A stretch of DNA of 62,404 nucleotides from Endomicrobiales bacterium (GTDB lineage Bacteria > Elusimicrobiota > Endomicrobiia > Endomicrobiales > JALOBY01), in NCBI GenBank assembly GCA_963796955.1, contig CAWCNJ010000010.1, positions 1 through 62,404 on the forward strand, given 5' to 3'. A program made the translations under genes and the position numbers. The notes beneath the pieces are model-generated. The model searched no databases and was not told the origin of the DNA. It saw only the letters and a program-made list of their open reading frames with translations. This document shows positions 17,841 through 30,600 of this stretch, piece after piece (the stretch's first letter is position 1; each line of letters begins with the position of its first letter).

Positions 17841-20114
17841 ATGAACAGTTCAGATAAGCGGTCAGAAGCCGAAACTCTCCGCCATAAGGCGGAGGAGCTA
17901 CTGGAAAAGAAACCGTCAAAAGCAGCTTTGCAGCTTTCGCAGGCTGACATGCTGAAGCTCGTGCACGAACTTGAGGTGCACCAAATAGAGCTGGAAATGC
18001 AGAACGAAGAACTTGTCAAGGCAAGAATGGAAGCGCTGGAAGCCGCGGAAAAATATGCTGACCTTTACGATTTTGCGCCCTCGGGTTATTTTACTCTTTC
18101 AAAAGATGGTGAAATAATTGAGCTAAACTTCGCCGGAGCGCAAATGCTCGCGAAAGAACGCTCGTATTTAAAAAACTCCACACTAGGTTTTTTTATTTCG
18201 GATGATACAAAACCTGCCTATGCCCAATTCCTTGGGAAAATATTTAAAAGTGAAACCATGCAAGACTGTGAAGCCGCACTGCTAGTAAGTGACGGCGAGA
18301 AAAGATATGTTCATCTTAAAGGCATAGTCGCCCAATCGGGGCAAATATGCCTGGTGTCTATGATTGACATAACAACCCGCGTTCAGGCTGAAATATATAA
18401 AGAAATCGGCAGTGAAATCCTTCAGATACTAAACGAGCCCGGAGACCTGCGAAAATCTGTTGGGCGTATAATCTCATTGTTTAGAACAAAAGCCGGGTTT
18501 GATGCTGCGGGTATTCGCCTGCAGGATGGCAATGACTTCCCATATTTTGTTCAGGAAGGTTTCCCTGATGACTTTCTTCTTACGGAGAATACACTGGCGG
18601 AACGCACAGCGGATGGCGGTGTTTGCCTGGACAAAGACGGAAATGTCAGCCTTGAATGCACCTGCGGGCTGGTCCTTTCAGGCAAGGCTGATCTGTCCAA
18701 TCCTCTTTTTACAAAAGGAGGTAGCTTTTGGGTTAACGATTCGTTTCCCCTGCTCAACCTTCCTCTTGATCAGGATCCAAGGCTTCATCCGCGCAACAAT
18801 TGTATTAATAAAGGCTATGCCTCTGTCGCTCTGGTGCCGATCCGGAACAAGGACAAAATCGTCGGTTTAATCCAGTTGAATGACCGGCGTAAAGACCGGT
18901 TTACCCTTGAAATTGTTCAATTAATTGAAACAATAGCAACTACTATCGGACAGTCTCTGATTCGCAGGCAAGCCGAAGATGCCGTGCGAGCCAGTGAGAA
19001 ACAAATCACCATGATTACGGAGAACCTGCCGGCATTCATAGGATACTTCGATCAGGAACAGCATCTTCGATTTCTAAACAGGGCCGGCGAAGATCTGTTT
19101 GGCCTGCCCAGGGCTGATTTTATCGGTAAACATATGAAAGTACTTCTGGGAGAAGAGTACTATAACGGTAATATAGAAGAAATCAAATCCGCTCTTTCCG
19201 GACAAAAGATTTCTTTTGAATCACAAATGTCAGTAAGAAATGGGGAACGAGTTGTCCTGTCAGTGAATTATGTTCCTGATATAAATGACTCGGGTATGGT
19301 AAAGGGCGTCTATGTTTTGGCAAATGATATAACCGAGCGGAAACTTGCCGAAGATGTTTTGAAACGGGATGATGAATCATTAAGAAAGTTAGTCTCAGAA
19401 CAGTCGCACAGTCTTTTATCTGCGCAGGTAGAGCTTGAACAAGGGAAGCGTCTTTCGGATATTGGGTTACTTGCTGCTAACGTTTCCCACGAACTGCGAA
19501 ATCCGCTGGCCGCGATACGCCTGGCGTTACACAACATCAGAAGAAAATCAACAAATTCGGATATTGACAAGCATCTTGCCACTATCGACAAGAAAATCCA
19601 GGAAAGTGATCAGATAATCAATAACCTGCTTTTGTTTTCGCGGCTGAAGCCTCCATCGTACGAAAGTGTTAATATATTCGATATAATCGAGGAATGCTCT
19701 GAAGCCTTGCAGAGGTATACTAATAAAGAAATAACAGAGACAAAGGACATGGATTCCCTTAAGGATATTATGATAGAAGCTGATCCGACCCAGCTTAAGG
19801 AAGTATTCAATAATCTATTGAATAATGCTTTTGACGCCCTTCCGGCCAAAAACGGGCTGATAAAAATAATTGGCGAAAATGAAAATGAATTTGTTAAAGT
19901 CTCTATTGAAGATAATGGTTCAGGGATAGCTGACGATATTCTTGATAAAATATTCATCCCTTTCTTTAGTATGAAGGCTAAAGGCACGGGCCTTGGGCTG
20001 CCTATTTGCAGGCAGATAGTCAATATGCATGAGGGTACAATAGAGGTAAAAAGCAAAATAGGCCAGGGGACATCAGTTATCGTGCGGTTGCCTAAGCAAC
20101 GGGCAAGTAAGTAA
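17841..20114 (+). CDS. PAS/GAF sensor histidine kinase
   Basis: HELEVHQIELEMQNEEL, PAS, Cys-containing GAF, HELRNPL, NAFDA, DNGSG, GTGLGL. Confidence 0.92.
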   Translation: MNSSDKRSEAETLRHKAEELLEKKPSKAALQLSQADMLKLVHELEVHQIELEMQNEELVKARMEALEAAEKYADLYDFAPSGYFTLSKDGEIIELNFAGAQMLAKERSYLKNSTLGFFISDDTKPAYAQFLGKIFKSETMQDCEAALLVSDGEKRYVHLKGIVAQSGQICLVSMIDITTRVQAEIYKEIGSEILQILNEPGDLRKSVGRIISLFRTKAGFDAAGIRLQDGNDFPYFVQEGFPDDFLLTENTLAERTADGGVCLDKDGNVSLECTCGLVLSGKADLSNPLFTKGGSFWVNDSFPLLNLPLDQDPRLHPRNNCINKGYASVALVPIRNKDKIVGLIQLNDRRKDRFTLEIVQLIETIATTIGQSLIRRQAEDAVRASEKQITMITENLPAFIGYFDQEQHLRFLNRAGEDLFGLPRADFIGKHMKVLLGEEYYNGNIEEIKSALSGQKISFESQMSVRNGERVVLSVNYVPDINDSGMVKGVYVLANDITERKLAEDVLKRDDESLRKLVSEQSHSLLSAQVELEQGKRLSDIGLLAANVSHELRNPLAAIRLALHNIRRKSTNSDIDKHLATIDKKIQESDQIINNLLLFSRLKPPSYESVNIFDIIEECSEALQRYTNKEITETKDMDSLKDIMIEADPTQLKEVFNNLLNNAFDALPAKNGLIKIIGENENEFVKVSIEDNGSGIADDILDKIFIPFFSMKAKGTGLGLPICRQIVNMHEGTIEVKSKIGQGTSVIVRLPKQRASK

Positions 20115-20180
20115 GAATAAAGGCGATAGTTTATTGTTAGCCCACTCCTGACAACTCTGCTTCTTCCCGACGAATAATAA

Positions 20181-20586
20181 TTGACTGAGGGTTGCATAAT
20201 AAATTATTTGGACGAAACATATGAAAAGTTGTATGTTGAAATTATTTTGTATGGCTCAAAAGCTCGCGGCGATAGTGTGGAGTTCTCTGACATTGACATC
20301 CTGATAATGACGGATAAAGAGATAGACAAAAAACTTAGAGACCAAATATCATTGATTCGCGCTAATCTTGTTATTAAGTACGACGTAATGATAAGCCTCG
20401 ACTTTGAAAACAGGAATTGTAGATCAGCGTTTGGGCAAATTTTACCTTGAAATGTTGGATCACAGGCAGTAAAGCGATTATAAAGATTTTGTTGAATTTG
20501 ACAGAGCTGATGTTGAACAATGGCTGAAACTGGCTGATGAATTTGTGAAAAATGCTGATAATATTATAAATAATCTGCCTGAATAA
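20181..20586 (+). pseudogene. Degraded MNT (nucleotidyltransferase)-HEPN toxin-antitoxin pair
   Basis: LYGSKARGD..SDIDIL in one frame; KTGIVDQRLGKFYLEMLDHRQ*SDYKDFVEFD..WLKLADEFV in another, with an internal stop and the HEPN N-half missing. Confidence 0.75.
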
Positions 20587-20601
20587 ACAACTTTCTTTAT
20601 T

Positions 20602-20660
20602 ATTGACTACCCTCTCTATATACGGTAAAATGTGGTATGAGTAATTCGACACCGGGACAC
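20602..20660 (+). promoter_or_regulatory. dnaE promoter and start (direct repeat copy 3, right island boundary); probably leaderless
   Basis: TTGACT-17-TAAAAT-GTGGT-ATG; no SD. Confidence 0.8.
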
Positions 20661-23600
20661 GCTGAATTTGTTCATCTGCATAATCACACTGAGTATTCTC
20701 TCCTGGATGGCGCCTGCCGGCTGGTTGACGATAAGGGAAAGCCCGGCGACCTGCTGAACACTATCGCGCACAATTTTAAGATGCCGGCCCTTGCTATTAC
20801 CGATCACGGTAATATGTATGGGGCTATTGAGTTTTATAAGGTTTGCCATGATGTGGGTATCAAACCGATCATAGGCACCGAGATGTATATGGCGCCGAAC
20901 TCCTGCCTGGATAAGAAGCTGGTGCCGGGTGTAGAAAATTATTATCATCTGACGATGCTTGCCAGGGACAACGAAGGGTATAAGAACCTGATGAAGTTGT
21001 CTACGGCGGGGTTTCTGGAAGGCTTCTATTACAAACCGCGTATAGATAAAGACCTGCTGGCTAAACACAGCAAGGGTATAATCGGCATGTCGGGCTGTCT
21101 TATCGGCGAAGTGGCGAACCTGGTGCTTAACGGCAAGATTAAGGAAGCTGAGAAGGTTGCTTCTGATTATCGCGATATCTTCGGCGCCGGCAATTTTTTT
21201 ATTGAGCTGATGGACAACGGCCTGCCTGAACAAAAACAGGTGCTGCCGGGGCTGATGGAGATCGCAAAACGCACCGGCATACCGCTGGTCGCCACTAACG
21301 ACTGCCATTACCTGCGTAAAGAAGATGCTTTCGACCACGATGTCCTTTTATGTATCGGCACCGGCAAGAACCTGGACGATCCCAAACGCCTGAAATTTTC
21401 CTCCGATCAATTCTATTACCGCTCGCCGCAGGAAATGATACAGTTGTTCTCGTACGTTCCTGAGGCCATAAAGAATACATTGGTTATCGCTGATAAATGC
21501 GCGGTAGACATTAAGTTTGACCAGATACTGTTGCCGCATTACCCGGTGCCGGAAGGGGAAACCGACGATTCTTATCTTTTAAAACTATGCCGTGAAGGTA
21601 TCCAACGCCGTTACAAGTCTATATCAGAGGTACATGAAAAACGCCTTGCCCATGAGCTGGATATTATCGGGAAGATGGGTTTTGCCTCCTACTTTTTGAT
21701 CGTGTGGGATTTCATTCACTATTCTAAACAGCACGGAATACCGGTTGGCCCGGGCCGCGGCAGCGGCGCCGGCTCAATGGTCGCTTACGTGCTCGGCATA
21801 ACCGATATCTGCCCGCTGCATTATAACCTGCTTTTCGAGCGTTTCCTTAACCCCGAACGCCGCTCCATGCCGGACCTTGATATAGACTTTGCCGATACCG
21901 GACGCCAATCCATTATCGAATATGTGCGCAACAAATACGGCCATGCTAACTGCGCCCAGATCATAACGTTCGGCTCCATGCAGGCGCGCCTGGTCATTAA
22001 AGACGTGGCGCGGGCGATGGGCTTCCTTCCGTCGGAGTCCGACAAAATATCAAAAATGGTGCCCTTTGGCAGCAATATCTACACGGCTGAACAAACGGTC
22101 CCCGAGTTGAAGAACGCCATGAGGACGGATCCGAGGGTTGCTAAGATGATCGCGACCGCCCGCAAGCTGGAAGGCTTAAAACGCCACACCGGCGTTCACG
22201 CGGCCGGCATGATCATAGCGAAAGAAGAAATAACCAATTACTGCCCGCTGGCGAAAGGCTCGCGCGATGTGGTGACCACGCAGTACCATGACGAGCCGGT
22301 GCTTAAGCTGGGTCTGCTGAAAGTAGACTTTCTCGGCCTGCGCACGCTGACCATTATAGACGACGCAGAAAAATTGATCAAGGCAGGCGCTTGTCCGGAT
22401 TTCAACTGGGACAATATCCCGCTGGACGACCCTAAGACATTCCAGCTTTTTGCTGAGGCAAGAACGCTTGGCGTGTTCCAGCTTGAATCGCGCGGCATGC
22501 GCGACCTGCTGCACAAACTGAAGGCAACCACGCTTGAAGATATAATCGCGCTGAACGCGCTCTACCGCCCGGGTCCCATGGGATCGGGTATGATAGACGA
22601 CTTTGTCTCGCGCAAGCACGGTCTTACCAAAGTAAAATACGACCACCCCATCATGGAGCCGATCCTGAAAGATACTTACGGAGTTATTCTGTATCAGGAA
22701 CAGGTTATGCGTTTAGCCCGCGATATGTCCGGCTTTTCCATGGGCGAAGCTGACGGCCTGCGCAAGGCGATGGGAAAAAAGATCCCTGAAGAGATCGAAA
22801 AACAGCGCGGCAAGTTTATCGAAGGTGCGAAAAAGAATAACATTGATAAGAAGCTCGCTGAAAAAGTCTTCGACAACATCGTTCATTTCGGCGGCTACGG
22901 TTTTAACAAATCGCACGCGGCCGCTTACGGCATGGTGGCATACCGCACCGCCTACCTTAAGGCGAATTACCCGCAGGCCTTCATGACGGCGCTGCTCAAT
23001 TCCGAGATCGGCCGTTCCGCGGTGGCCAACGAGGAAGACAATAAGCTGGTCGGTTATTTGCAGGATACCGAGGCGATGAAGATAAAGATACTGCCGCCCG
23101 ACATTCAAACCTCGCCGACGCGGTTCACGCCGGAGAACGGGAACATCCGTTTCGGTCTCATGGCGGTTAAAAATGTGGGCGAAGGCGCCGTTGAATCGAT
23201 CATCGCCTCGCGATCAGAAAAAGGTCCCTTTAAAAGCTGGAATGATTTTATAAACCGCGTGGATCTGCACGCCGCCAACCGCAAGGTGCTGGAGTCGCTG
23301 ATAAAAGCGGGTGCCTTCGACAGCCTCGGCGCTGAAGGCGCCGATATGCATTTTACCAGGGCGGACCTTACCTCAAAACTGGATATGTCTCTTGAGATAG
23401 CGGCCTCCAGCAAGCAGGATGAATCTGCCGGTCAGGGACAGTTGTTCGATTCCGGCGAATTCATGAAAGAGATCGCCTCACCCTTGAAAGTGGAACCCTG
23501 GCCGGATCACACCGCGCTTGCCTTTGAAAAAGAAGTGCTGGGCTTTTATCTTTCAGGCCATCCGTTGGCACAGCACATGCAGGATATCGTTTCCTTCGCC

Positions 23601-24176
23601 CAATACCGGCTGGATCGCCTGCCGCCCGGCAGCCAGGATTTTAAGAACGCGCCGATGGTGCGCCTGGCCGGGATGCTGGTGAACCCAAAACGCATGGTCA
23701 GCAAAGAAAAAAAAGAGCAGTACGCCCGTTTTAAGCTGGAAGATATGTACGGGGAAATAGAGGCTGTGGTTTTCCCGCGCGGGTATCCGGGCCTCGCCAA
23801 ATATATCGTTCCCAACAATTTTGTCGTCATAAAGGGCAAGCTGTCTGCGAGGGATTCAAATACGGAACTGATCGTTGAAGATATTAAACTGCTTGCAGAG
23901 GCAAAACAGTTGTTCACGCCCTACCTGCGGGAAGTGCATATAAAAGTTTCGTCGGCCGGTTTGGAAGATGGGTTGCTTGACCAGCTTAAGAATGTGATAG
24001 GGAAGTTCCCGGGTACCTCTCCGGTTTTGCTTGACGTGCTGACACCGCCGAGCGGGGAATACGTTGTAGAGACCGGCCTTAAAATAGCCGCCGAACAGAA
24101 TTTTTTCCTTGAGTTGGAAAAAATGCTCGGGCCCGAAAGCTGGGAGCTGTTAAGCTGCACCCGTCAGGCTTCATAA
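20637..24176 (+). CDS. dnaE: DNA polymerase III alpha subunit
   Basis: [18 protein letters not shown] domain, [28 protein letters not shown] fold. Confidence 0.98.
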   Translation: MSNSTPGHAEFVHLHNHTEYSLLDGACRLVDDKGKPGDLLNTIAHNFKMPALAITDHGNMYGAIEFYKVCHDVGIKPIIGTEMYMAPNSCLDKKLVPGVENYYHLTMLARDNEGYKNLMKLSTAGFLEGFYYKPRIDKDLLAKHSKGIIGMSGCLIGEVANLVLNGKIKEAEKVASDYRDIFGAGNFFIELMDNGLPEQKQVLPGLMEIAKRTGIPLVATNDCHYLRKEDAFDHDVLLCIGTGKNLDDPKRLKFSSDQFYYRSPQEMIQLFSYVPEAIKNTLVIADKCAVDIKFDQILLPHYPVPEGETDDSYLLKLCREGIQRRYKSISEVHEKRLAHELDIIGKMGFASYFLIVWDFIHYSKQHGIPVGPGRGSGAGSMVAYVLGITDICPLHYNLLFERFLNPERRSMPDLDIDFADTGRQSIIEYVRNKYGHANCAQIITFGSMQARLVIKDVARAMGFLPSESDKISKMVPFGSNIYTAEQTVPELKNAMRTDPRVAKMIATARKLEGLKRHTGVHAAGMIIAKEEITNYCPLAKGSRDVVTTQYHDEPVLKLGLLKVDFLGLRTLTIIDDAEKLIKAGACPDFNWDNIPLDDPKTFQLFAEARTLGVFQLESRGMRDLLHKLKATTLEDIIALNALYRPGPMGSGMIDDFVSRKHGLTKVKYDHPIMEPILKDTYGVILYQEQVMRLARDMSGFSMGEADGLRKAMGKKIPEEIEKQRGKFIEGAKKNNIDKKLAEKVFDNIVHFGGYGFNKSHAAAYGMVAYRTAYLKANYPQAFMTALLNSEIGRSAVANEEDNKLVGYLQDTEAMKIKILPPDIQTSPTRFTPENGNIRFGLMAVKNVGEGAVESIIASRSEKGPFKSWNDFINRVDLHAANRKVLESLIKAGAFDSLGAEGADMHFTRADLTSKLDMSLEIAASSKQDESAGQGQLFDSGEFMKEIASPLKVEPWPDHTALAFEKEVLGFYLSGHPLAQHMQDIVSFAQYRLDRLPPGSQDFKNAPMVRLAGMLVNPKRMVSKEKKEQYARFKLEDMYGEIEAVVFPRGYPGLAKYIVPNNFVVIKGKLSARDSNTELIVEDIKLLAEAKQLFTPYLREVHIKVSSAGLEDGLLDQLKNVIGKFPGTSPVLLDVLTPPSGEYVVETGLKIAAEQNFFLELEKMLGPESWELLSCTRQAS

Positions 24177-24183
24177 AGGATTT

Positions 24184-25215
24184 ATGGTACGAACAAAAAT
24201 AGTCGCGACATTAGGTCCCGCAAGCGATAGCAAACCTGTTCTGCGGAAAATGTTCCTGGCAGGCCTGGATATCGCGCGCCTGAATTTTTCCCACGGAACG
24301 CACGGCGAACACTTGAAACGGATAATGCTGATACGGTCTTTGAACAAGGAATACCGCCGGCATATTAAGATCCTGCTGGATCTTGAAGGCTACCGCATCA
24401 GGATCGGCGATCTTTCGCAAGACGTTCCCTTGAAGAAGGGCCAGGTCTTACTTCTATCGAACCAAAAAGGCACACTTTCCAAAAATACGATACCATTCGA
24501 CTATGACGGCGCTCTGAAGGATATCAAGAAAGGTTCGGAGATTTTCATAGACGACGGCAATATCTGCCTGGTCGCGCGGGGCTCTCAGAAAGGCGCACTG
24601 GTAACTGAAGTAACCATCCCCGGGACCTTAAAAAGGCACAAAGGCATTAATATCCCGGGTCTGGATATCGAATTTTGCGGCATTACAGATAAGGACAAGG
24701 CTGATCTTGAATTTGCGATAAAGCATAAGGTTGACTACGTTGCCCAGTCTTTCGTGCGGGATGAAAACGATATTTTGCCGTTGCGTAAGATATTGTCGTC
24801 ACGCTTGCCGGAATGCCATATTATCGCGAAGATAGAGAACCGGCAGGGAATTAATAATATCGACAAGATCATTAACGCCAGCGACGGCATAATGGTGGCC
24901 CGCGGCGATATGGGTGTTTCTATACCGATCTATGAAGTGCCGATGGTGCAAAAAGAAATTATACGCAAATGCCGCCAAGCCGGAAAGCCGGTCATAACGG
25001 CCACCCAAATGCTTGAGAGCATGTCCGAGAACCTGCGCCCGACGAGGGCAGAGGTTTCTGATATCGCAAACGCGGTGTTAGACGGAAGCGATATGGTTAT
25101 GCTGTCCGGGGAAACAGCAGCTGGAAAGCACCCCGTTGAATCAGTAAAGATGATGAACAGTATTTTAAAGTATACAGAACAACACTCGCACGCAGCTGGA
25201 TCCGTTCAAAAATGA
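24184..25215 (+). CDS. pyk: Pyruvate kinase lacking the C-terminal domain
   Basis: [49 protein letters not shown]; only 343 aa. Confidence 0.93.
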   Translation: MVRTKIVATLGPASDSKPVLRKMFLAGLDIARLNFSHGTHGEHLKRIMLIRSLNKEYRRHIKILLDLEGYRIRIGDLSQDVPLKKGQVLLLSNQKGTLSKNTIPFDYDGALKDIKKGSEIFIDDGNICLVARGSQKGALVTEVTIPGTLKRHKGINIPGLDIEFCGITDKDKADLEFAIKHKVDYVAQSFVRDENDILPLRKILSSRLPECHIIAKIENRQGINNIDKIINASDGIMVARGDMGVSIPIYEVPMVQKEIIRKCRQAGKPVITATQMLESMSENLRPTRAEVSDIANAVLDGSDMVMLSGETAAGKHPVESVKMMNSILKYTEQHSHAAGSVQK

Positions 25216-25268
25216 CTGTTGTGGCCTGCCTCCTGTTGCAAACCTTCAAAAAAAGATAGAATTACGCC

Positions 25269-27233
25269 ATGAAACATTACTGGGAAAAGCACCGTTATCA
25301 GCCTCGGCGTCAGGCAGGCCGTGATAGCCTTGTTGAGGGTGTTATAAAACACCACGGCCGGTTCGGGTTCCTGCTGGCCGAAAAGCCCGGCGCACCGGAC
25401 GTTTTTTTAAAGGGGCGCGGCCTTGACCTTGCCATGGACGGGGATCGTGTTCAGGCTAAAGTTCAGACGGAACCCAGCGGCAAGCTTGTGGGTGAAGTTG
25501 TGCGTGTGCTTAAGCGTTCAAGCGATTCGATCGTGGGCATATTGAAAAAGTTCCCGCGCGGTTGGGGCCTGTTCCCTGAGAAAGAAGGAGCGCCCTCAGC
25601 GCTGGTCACGGATTTTTGCCCGGGTATAAAGCCGACCGCCGGCGATATCGCGGTTCTGAAGGTGACCAGCTGGCCCACCGAGACTTCCGGGGCGGCCGGC
25701 ACCATTACTGAAATTTTGGGCGGCCCGGACGATGTGGGAGCGCGGATCACGGCGTTGCTGCGCGCGCGCGGCATAGGGGAATGTTTCCCGCAAGAAGTGC
25801 TTGCTCAAAGCAGTTCTTTCCCCGAACGTCTTGAACCGTCCCAGTGGTACGGGCGCGAAGAGCTCTTCGACCTTCCGATAATGACCATTGACGGGGCTGA
25901 CGCGAAAGATTTTGATGACGCCGTATCACTCGTTGCCCTCGGCGGCGGTCTGGTGCGCCTCGGTGTGCACATTGCGGATGTGGCCCACTACGTAAAGCCA
26001 GGCTCCGCGCTGGATAAAGAGGCCTACCTGCGCGGGACCAGTGTTTATCTGCCGGACCGGGTGGTGCCCATGCTGCCGCCCTCCCTTTCCAACAATTTAT
26101 GCAGCCTGGTGCCGAAGCAGGAACGGCTTACTGTTTCCGTTTTTATGGACATAGATGAGGACGGAAAAGTGAAGCGCAGAAGGATGGCGAACACCGTTAT
26201 CCGCTCCTGGAGACGGTTCACCTACGAGGAAGTACAATCGCTTCTTGACGGTGAAACGGTCCATTCTGTGCCCGTAGCCGTGGCAGAGGCCGTTTCCGGC
26301 ATGGGTGAGCTCTACCAGGTTCTTTACAGGATCAGGGTTAAACGCGGAGCACTGGATTTTGACCTGCCCGAATATAAAGTTGAAACCGACCGCCTCGGCA
26401 AACCTCTGCATGTAACGCTGCGCCCAAGGCTTGGCAGCCACCGCTTGATAGAAGAATTCATGCTGCTTGCCAATGAGGCCATAGCGACCGAACTTATGGC
26501 GGCGAACGCGCCTTTCCTTCACAGGCGCCACGACGAACCGGACCCTGCCAAGATAAAAACGCTGGCCGAGGCACTCGGCACTCTTGGCTTTTCCGCCGGA
26601 CACCTGATCGGCGGCGGCAATACCCACAAGGCTCTACAGGATGTTTTGAAGCAGGCAGCGGATCATCCTCTTGCGGACATCGTAAATTCACTTATTGTGC
26701 GCAGCATGAAACAGGCGGTATATTCGCCTGAATCATCGGGGCATTTCGGGATCGCCGCCCGCGCCTACGCCCATTTTACCTCTCCTATCCGCCGCTATCC
26801 AGACCTGATGGCGCACCGCGCCGTCAAGGCGCTTCTGGCGTGCAGGAAAGAGAACCACGGAGCCGCAACCCTTGAACAGGCGGGCCTGCACTGCTCCGAA
26901 CGCGAACGCGCGGCCGCCGAGGCTGAACATAAAGCGGTCGACCTTATGCGCGCCGAACTGTTCAAGAACAAGGTTGGAGAGATTATGGACGGGGTAGTGA
27001 CCACGGTAATAGAGCGCGGCTCTTTCGTTCTGTGCGGCGATACTGGCGCCGAGGGGATGATACGGGGTGTTAGCCTGAAGCCTGGCGCAAAACTTAAGGT
27101 GGTGGTTGATTCCGTCGACACCGCCGAAGGCAAAATAGAGCTTTCCGTGGCGCAAAATTCAACCATGCCGCCGCAGTGGCGGGTTGCAAAACGTAAGAAC
27201 ACCGGAAACCAAAGAAAAAGGAGAAGAAGATGA
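25269..27233 (+). CDS. rnr: Ribonuclease R (RNase II/VacB family)
   Basis: TIDGADAKDFDDA, HIADV, IEEFMLLAN, HFTSPIRRYPDL, basic tail. Confidence 0.9.
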   Translation: MKHYWEKHRYQPRRQAGRDSLVEGVIKHHGRFGFLLAEKPGAPDVFLKGRGLDLAMDGDRVQAKVQTEPSGKLVGEVVRVLKRSSDSIVGILKKFPRGWGLFPEKEGAPSALVTDFCPGIKPTAGDIAVLKVTSWPTETSGAAGTITEILGGPDDVGARITALLRARGIGECFPQEVLAQSSSFPERLEPSQWYGREELFDLPIMTIDGADAKDFDDAVSLVALGGGLVRLGVHIADVAHYVKPGSALDKEAYLRGTSVYLPDRVVPMLPPSLSNNLCSLVPKQERLTVSVFMDIDEDGKVKRRRMANTVIRSWRRFTYEEVQSLLDGETVHSVPVAVAEAVSGMGELYQVLYRIRVKRGALDFDLPEYKVETDRLGKPLHVTLRPRLGSHRLIEEFMLLANEAIATELMAANAPFLHRRHDEPDPAKIKTLAEALGTLGFSAGHLIGGGNTHKALQDVLKQAADHPLADIVNSLIVRSMKQAVYSPESSGHFGIAARAYAHFTSPIRRYPDLMAHRAVKALLACRKENHGAATLEQAGLHCSERERAAAEAEHKAVDLMRAELFKNKVGEIMDGVVTTVIERGSFVLCGDTGAEGMIRGVSLKPGAKLKVVVDSVDTAEGKIELSVAQNSTMPPQWRVAKRKNTGNQRKRRRR

Positions 27234-27553
27234 CAGTATTGGAAAAGATCGATAACGTCACCGTGGTGTTGAAAGCGAATGTTTATTTTGACGGGAAAGT
27301 GGTAAGCCACGGCATAGAGTTTAAGGACGGCACTAAAAAGACCGTTGGCCTTATTTACCCGGGCTCATATAACTTCGGCACCGGCGCCCCCGAACGTATG
27401 GACATACTAGCCGGCTTGTGCAAGGTAAAGCTTGCCGGACAGGCGGAGTGGAAACCTTACGCTGCCGGAAGCTATTTCGAAGTTCCAGGAAAATCGTCTT
27501 TCGACATCAGTGTGGAGTACGATATCGCTGAATATCTCTGTTCCTATCTTTGA
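27230..27553 (+). CDS. ppnP: Pyrimidine/purine nucleoside phosphorylase (DUF1255)
   Basis: KANVYFDGKVVS, YNFGTGAPERM, YLCSY; ATGA overlap with rnr. Confidence 0.88.
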   Translation: MTVLEKIDNVTVVLKANVYFDGKVVSHGIEFKDGTKKTVGLIYPGSYNFGTGAPERMDILAGLCKVKLAGQAEWKPYAAGSYFEVPGKSSFDISVEYDIAEYLCSYL

Positions 27554-27667
27554 TCGCCCATGTGCTGACTTATTTCCACTTTTTGATTGACGTTTACTTC
27601 AATAATTTATAATTTATTGAATAATTAGGTTGTTTTTGGGAAATAACGGCAACATTGCGATCAGGAA

Positions 27668-30600
27668 ATGGTACGAAAAACAGCCAAATCACACACCGGT
27701 GAAAACCACAAGGCCGTCAGAATAACCTTCCCGATCGCCTCAGTCGGCGCATCTGCCGGCGGTATTGAAGCAATTATACCTTTCATTAAAGCCATTCCCG
27801 AAAAAACGGGTATGGCTTTTGTTATTCTTCAGCATCTGGATCCGGGATCTGAAGACCTGTTGCCGGAGATCCTCTCTAAGATCACACGCATACCGATCCA
27901 TCTGATAAAGAATGATGATAAGCTTGTGCCTGGCGCCATATACGTCTTACCACCGGGCAAAGCGGCCGAGATAAAAGGCTCACGGTTCAGACTTACCGCC
28001 AGGGCGGACAGCCGCGAAAGCAAAATGATCATCGACCGATTCATGTGCTCCCTGGCTGAAGCGGCCGGTGAAAGGTCGGCAGGGATAATCTTATCGGGGG
28101 CTAATAACGACGGCACGCTTGGGTTGCAGGCTATACGCGAGGCGGGGGGGATCACTTTCGCGCAGCTGCTGCGCACCTCAAAATATATTGAGATGCCGCG
28201 CAGCGCGGCCGCCTTCGCCGATTTCATACTGCCCCCGAAAACCATTGCCTCCAAGCTGTGCGCCATTTTCAGCTGCGATGTAGCCGATATTATAATAACT
28301 CACGAAAACCTGCAGGCTATCTACCGCCTTATTGGCGAAAGCAAGCACGTCGATTTTTCTGAGTACAAGCAAACCACAATGATCCGCAGGATATCCCGGA
28401 GGATGTTGTTCAGAAAATCCGCTTCCGCCGGGGAATACATAGAATTACTGAAAAATGACGCAGAGGAACTGGAAGAGCTGTGCAGCGACCTGCTGATAAA
28501 TGTTACCAGTTTTTTCAGGGATCAGCAGATGTTCGACCACCTGCAAAAGAAGATATTTCCCCGTCTGCTGAAGAACAGGACCCCGGATATGCCCTTACGG
28601 ATATGGGTAGCAGGTTGCTCTACGGGCGAAGAGGTTTACTCTTTAGCCATCCTTATCGCAGAACTCGCCGGCATGGAAAATCTAAAAAACAAAGTCCAGA
28701 TATTCGCCTCAGATCTGAAAGAGTCTGTTCTAAGAAAAGCAAGGGCAGGGTCTTTTAAACATTCTATAAACGCGGCCGTCAGCGAAGAGCGGCTTAAACG
28801 GTTCTTCGTCAGAAAACACGACGGCTATCAGGTAAACGGAATTCTGCGGGAGTGCTGCACTTTTGTTAAGCATAACGTCCTTCAGGACCCGCCATTTTCC
28901 CGCATCGATGTGCTCAGCTGCCGTAACATGCTTATATACATGACGGCGGACCTGCAAAGACAAGTGCTTTCGGCGTTTCACTTCGCGCTCAGGCCCGGCG
29001 GTTATCTGGTGCTCGGCAGTTCTGAAACGATAACCGGGTTAAGCACCGATTTCATCATTGTAGATAAGAAGAATAATATTTATGAGAACGAAAAAACCGG
29101 GTCGGCCCACCTGCCCGAATTTATATATAAACGCAAGCCCCTGGGCCGTGCCTTACAGGATATGAACATGGTATTAAGCGAAAATGTCTTGCGTCAGGAA
29201 TCCGGCGTAAAAAAGAAAGTTGACGACATAATCCTTGAGCGCTATACGCCGTCCGGGATAGTGGTAAACGAGAACCTGGAGATAGTGCACTTTCGCGGAA
29301 AGACCGAAGGCTACCTGGAGTTCCCTACCGGCAAAGCAACCTTTAACCTTATGAAAATGCTTCGCCACGAGCTGTTGCCCCACGTGCACGCCGCCATGCA
29401 CAGGGTAAAAAAAGCTAAGGGCCCGGTAACCAGCGAAAGGATACTGCTTCGCCGTGAACACCAGCCGCAGGAGGTTGTGATAGAGGTTGTGCCTCTGGTC
29501 AATGCGTCGAATAGACATGACCACTTCCTGATATTGTTCAATGAGCTTCCGGTGCTCGCCCCGAACGAGCGCACCGCCGAAAGCCCGTCAAAAATTAAAG
29601 TCCTGAACCGCGCAAGCGTAAGCCGCCTGGAAAAAGAACTTATACTGAACAAGGAATACCTGCGCGTGCTGATACACGAAAAAGAGAACGCCACCGACGA
29701 ATTAAAATCCGCCTACGAAGAGATACAAAGCAGCAACGAAGAGTTGAGGAGCGCCAACGAAGAGCTGGAAACCTCCAAGGAAGAGCTGCAGTCCGCCAAC
29801 GAAGAGCTTACCACCGTAAACGAAGAACTGCACACACGCAATCAGGAGATGGGGCTTGTAAATGACGATCTGAGGAACTACCTGGACTCCGTAGATGCTC
29901 CCATCCTGGTACTGAATAAAACACTTGAAATACGCCACTTCACACCTGCCGCTGAGAGGGTTTTTTCGTTAAAAGCCCATGACATCGGCCGTTCTATCTC
30001 CGATATAAAACTGCGGGTCAAAGTAGACGATATTTGCGGTGATATACGCTCGGTCGTCCGCACGCGAAGGCCCAAAGAGCAGGAAGTCCAGGATAGCAGC
30101 GGCATTAATTATATTCTGCGTATTCGCCCTTACCTCGCAAAAAACGGGAAGATCGAAGGCGCTTTGGTCGTTTTCATTAATATTGAGGCAACAAAACGCG
30201 CGTATAGACAAATTGAAGAGATGGCGAGGTTTCCCCTGGAGAACCCTAACCCGGTGTTGCGCGTATCTAATACCGGCGCACTTATGTACGCCAATCCCGG
30301 GGCCGCTTCCCTCTTAAGATACTGGAAAATTAAAACAGGCGACATCGTACCGGACGAAATAAAAAAAATCGTAACCTCATGTATGCTGCTTGGCAATAAT
30401 AGAGAATACGATATCTCCGTTGAAAACAAGATATTCTCTTTATTTATTTCACCTGTTTGTAATTCGCAGTACGTTATCATTTATGGCAGGGATGTTACAA
30501 AACACAAACAGGCCGAGGACGCGTTGCGCGAGAGCGAAGAGCGATATCGCGGATTGTTTGAGCACATGACCGAAGGATTTGCGTATTGCCAGATGATCTT

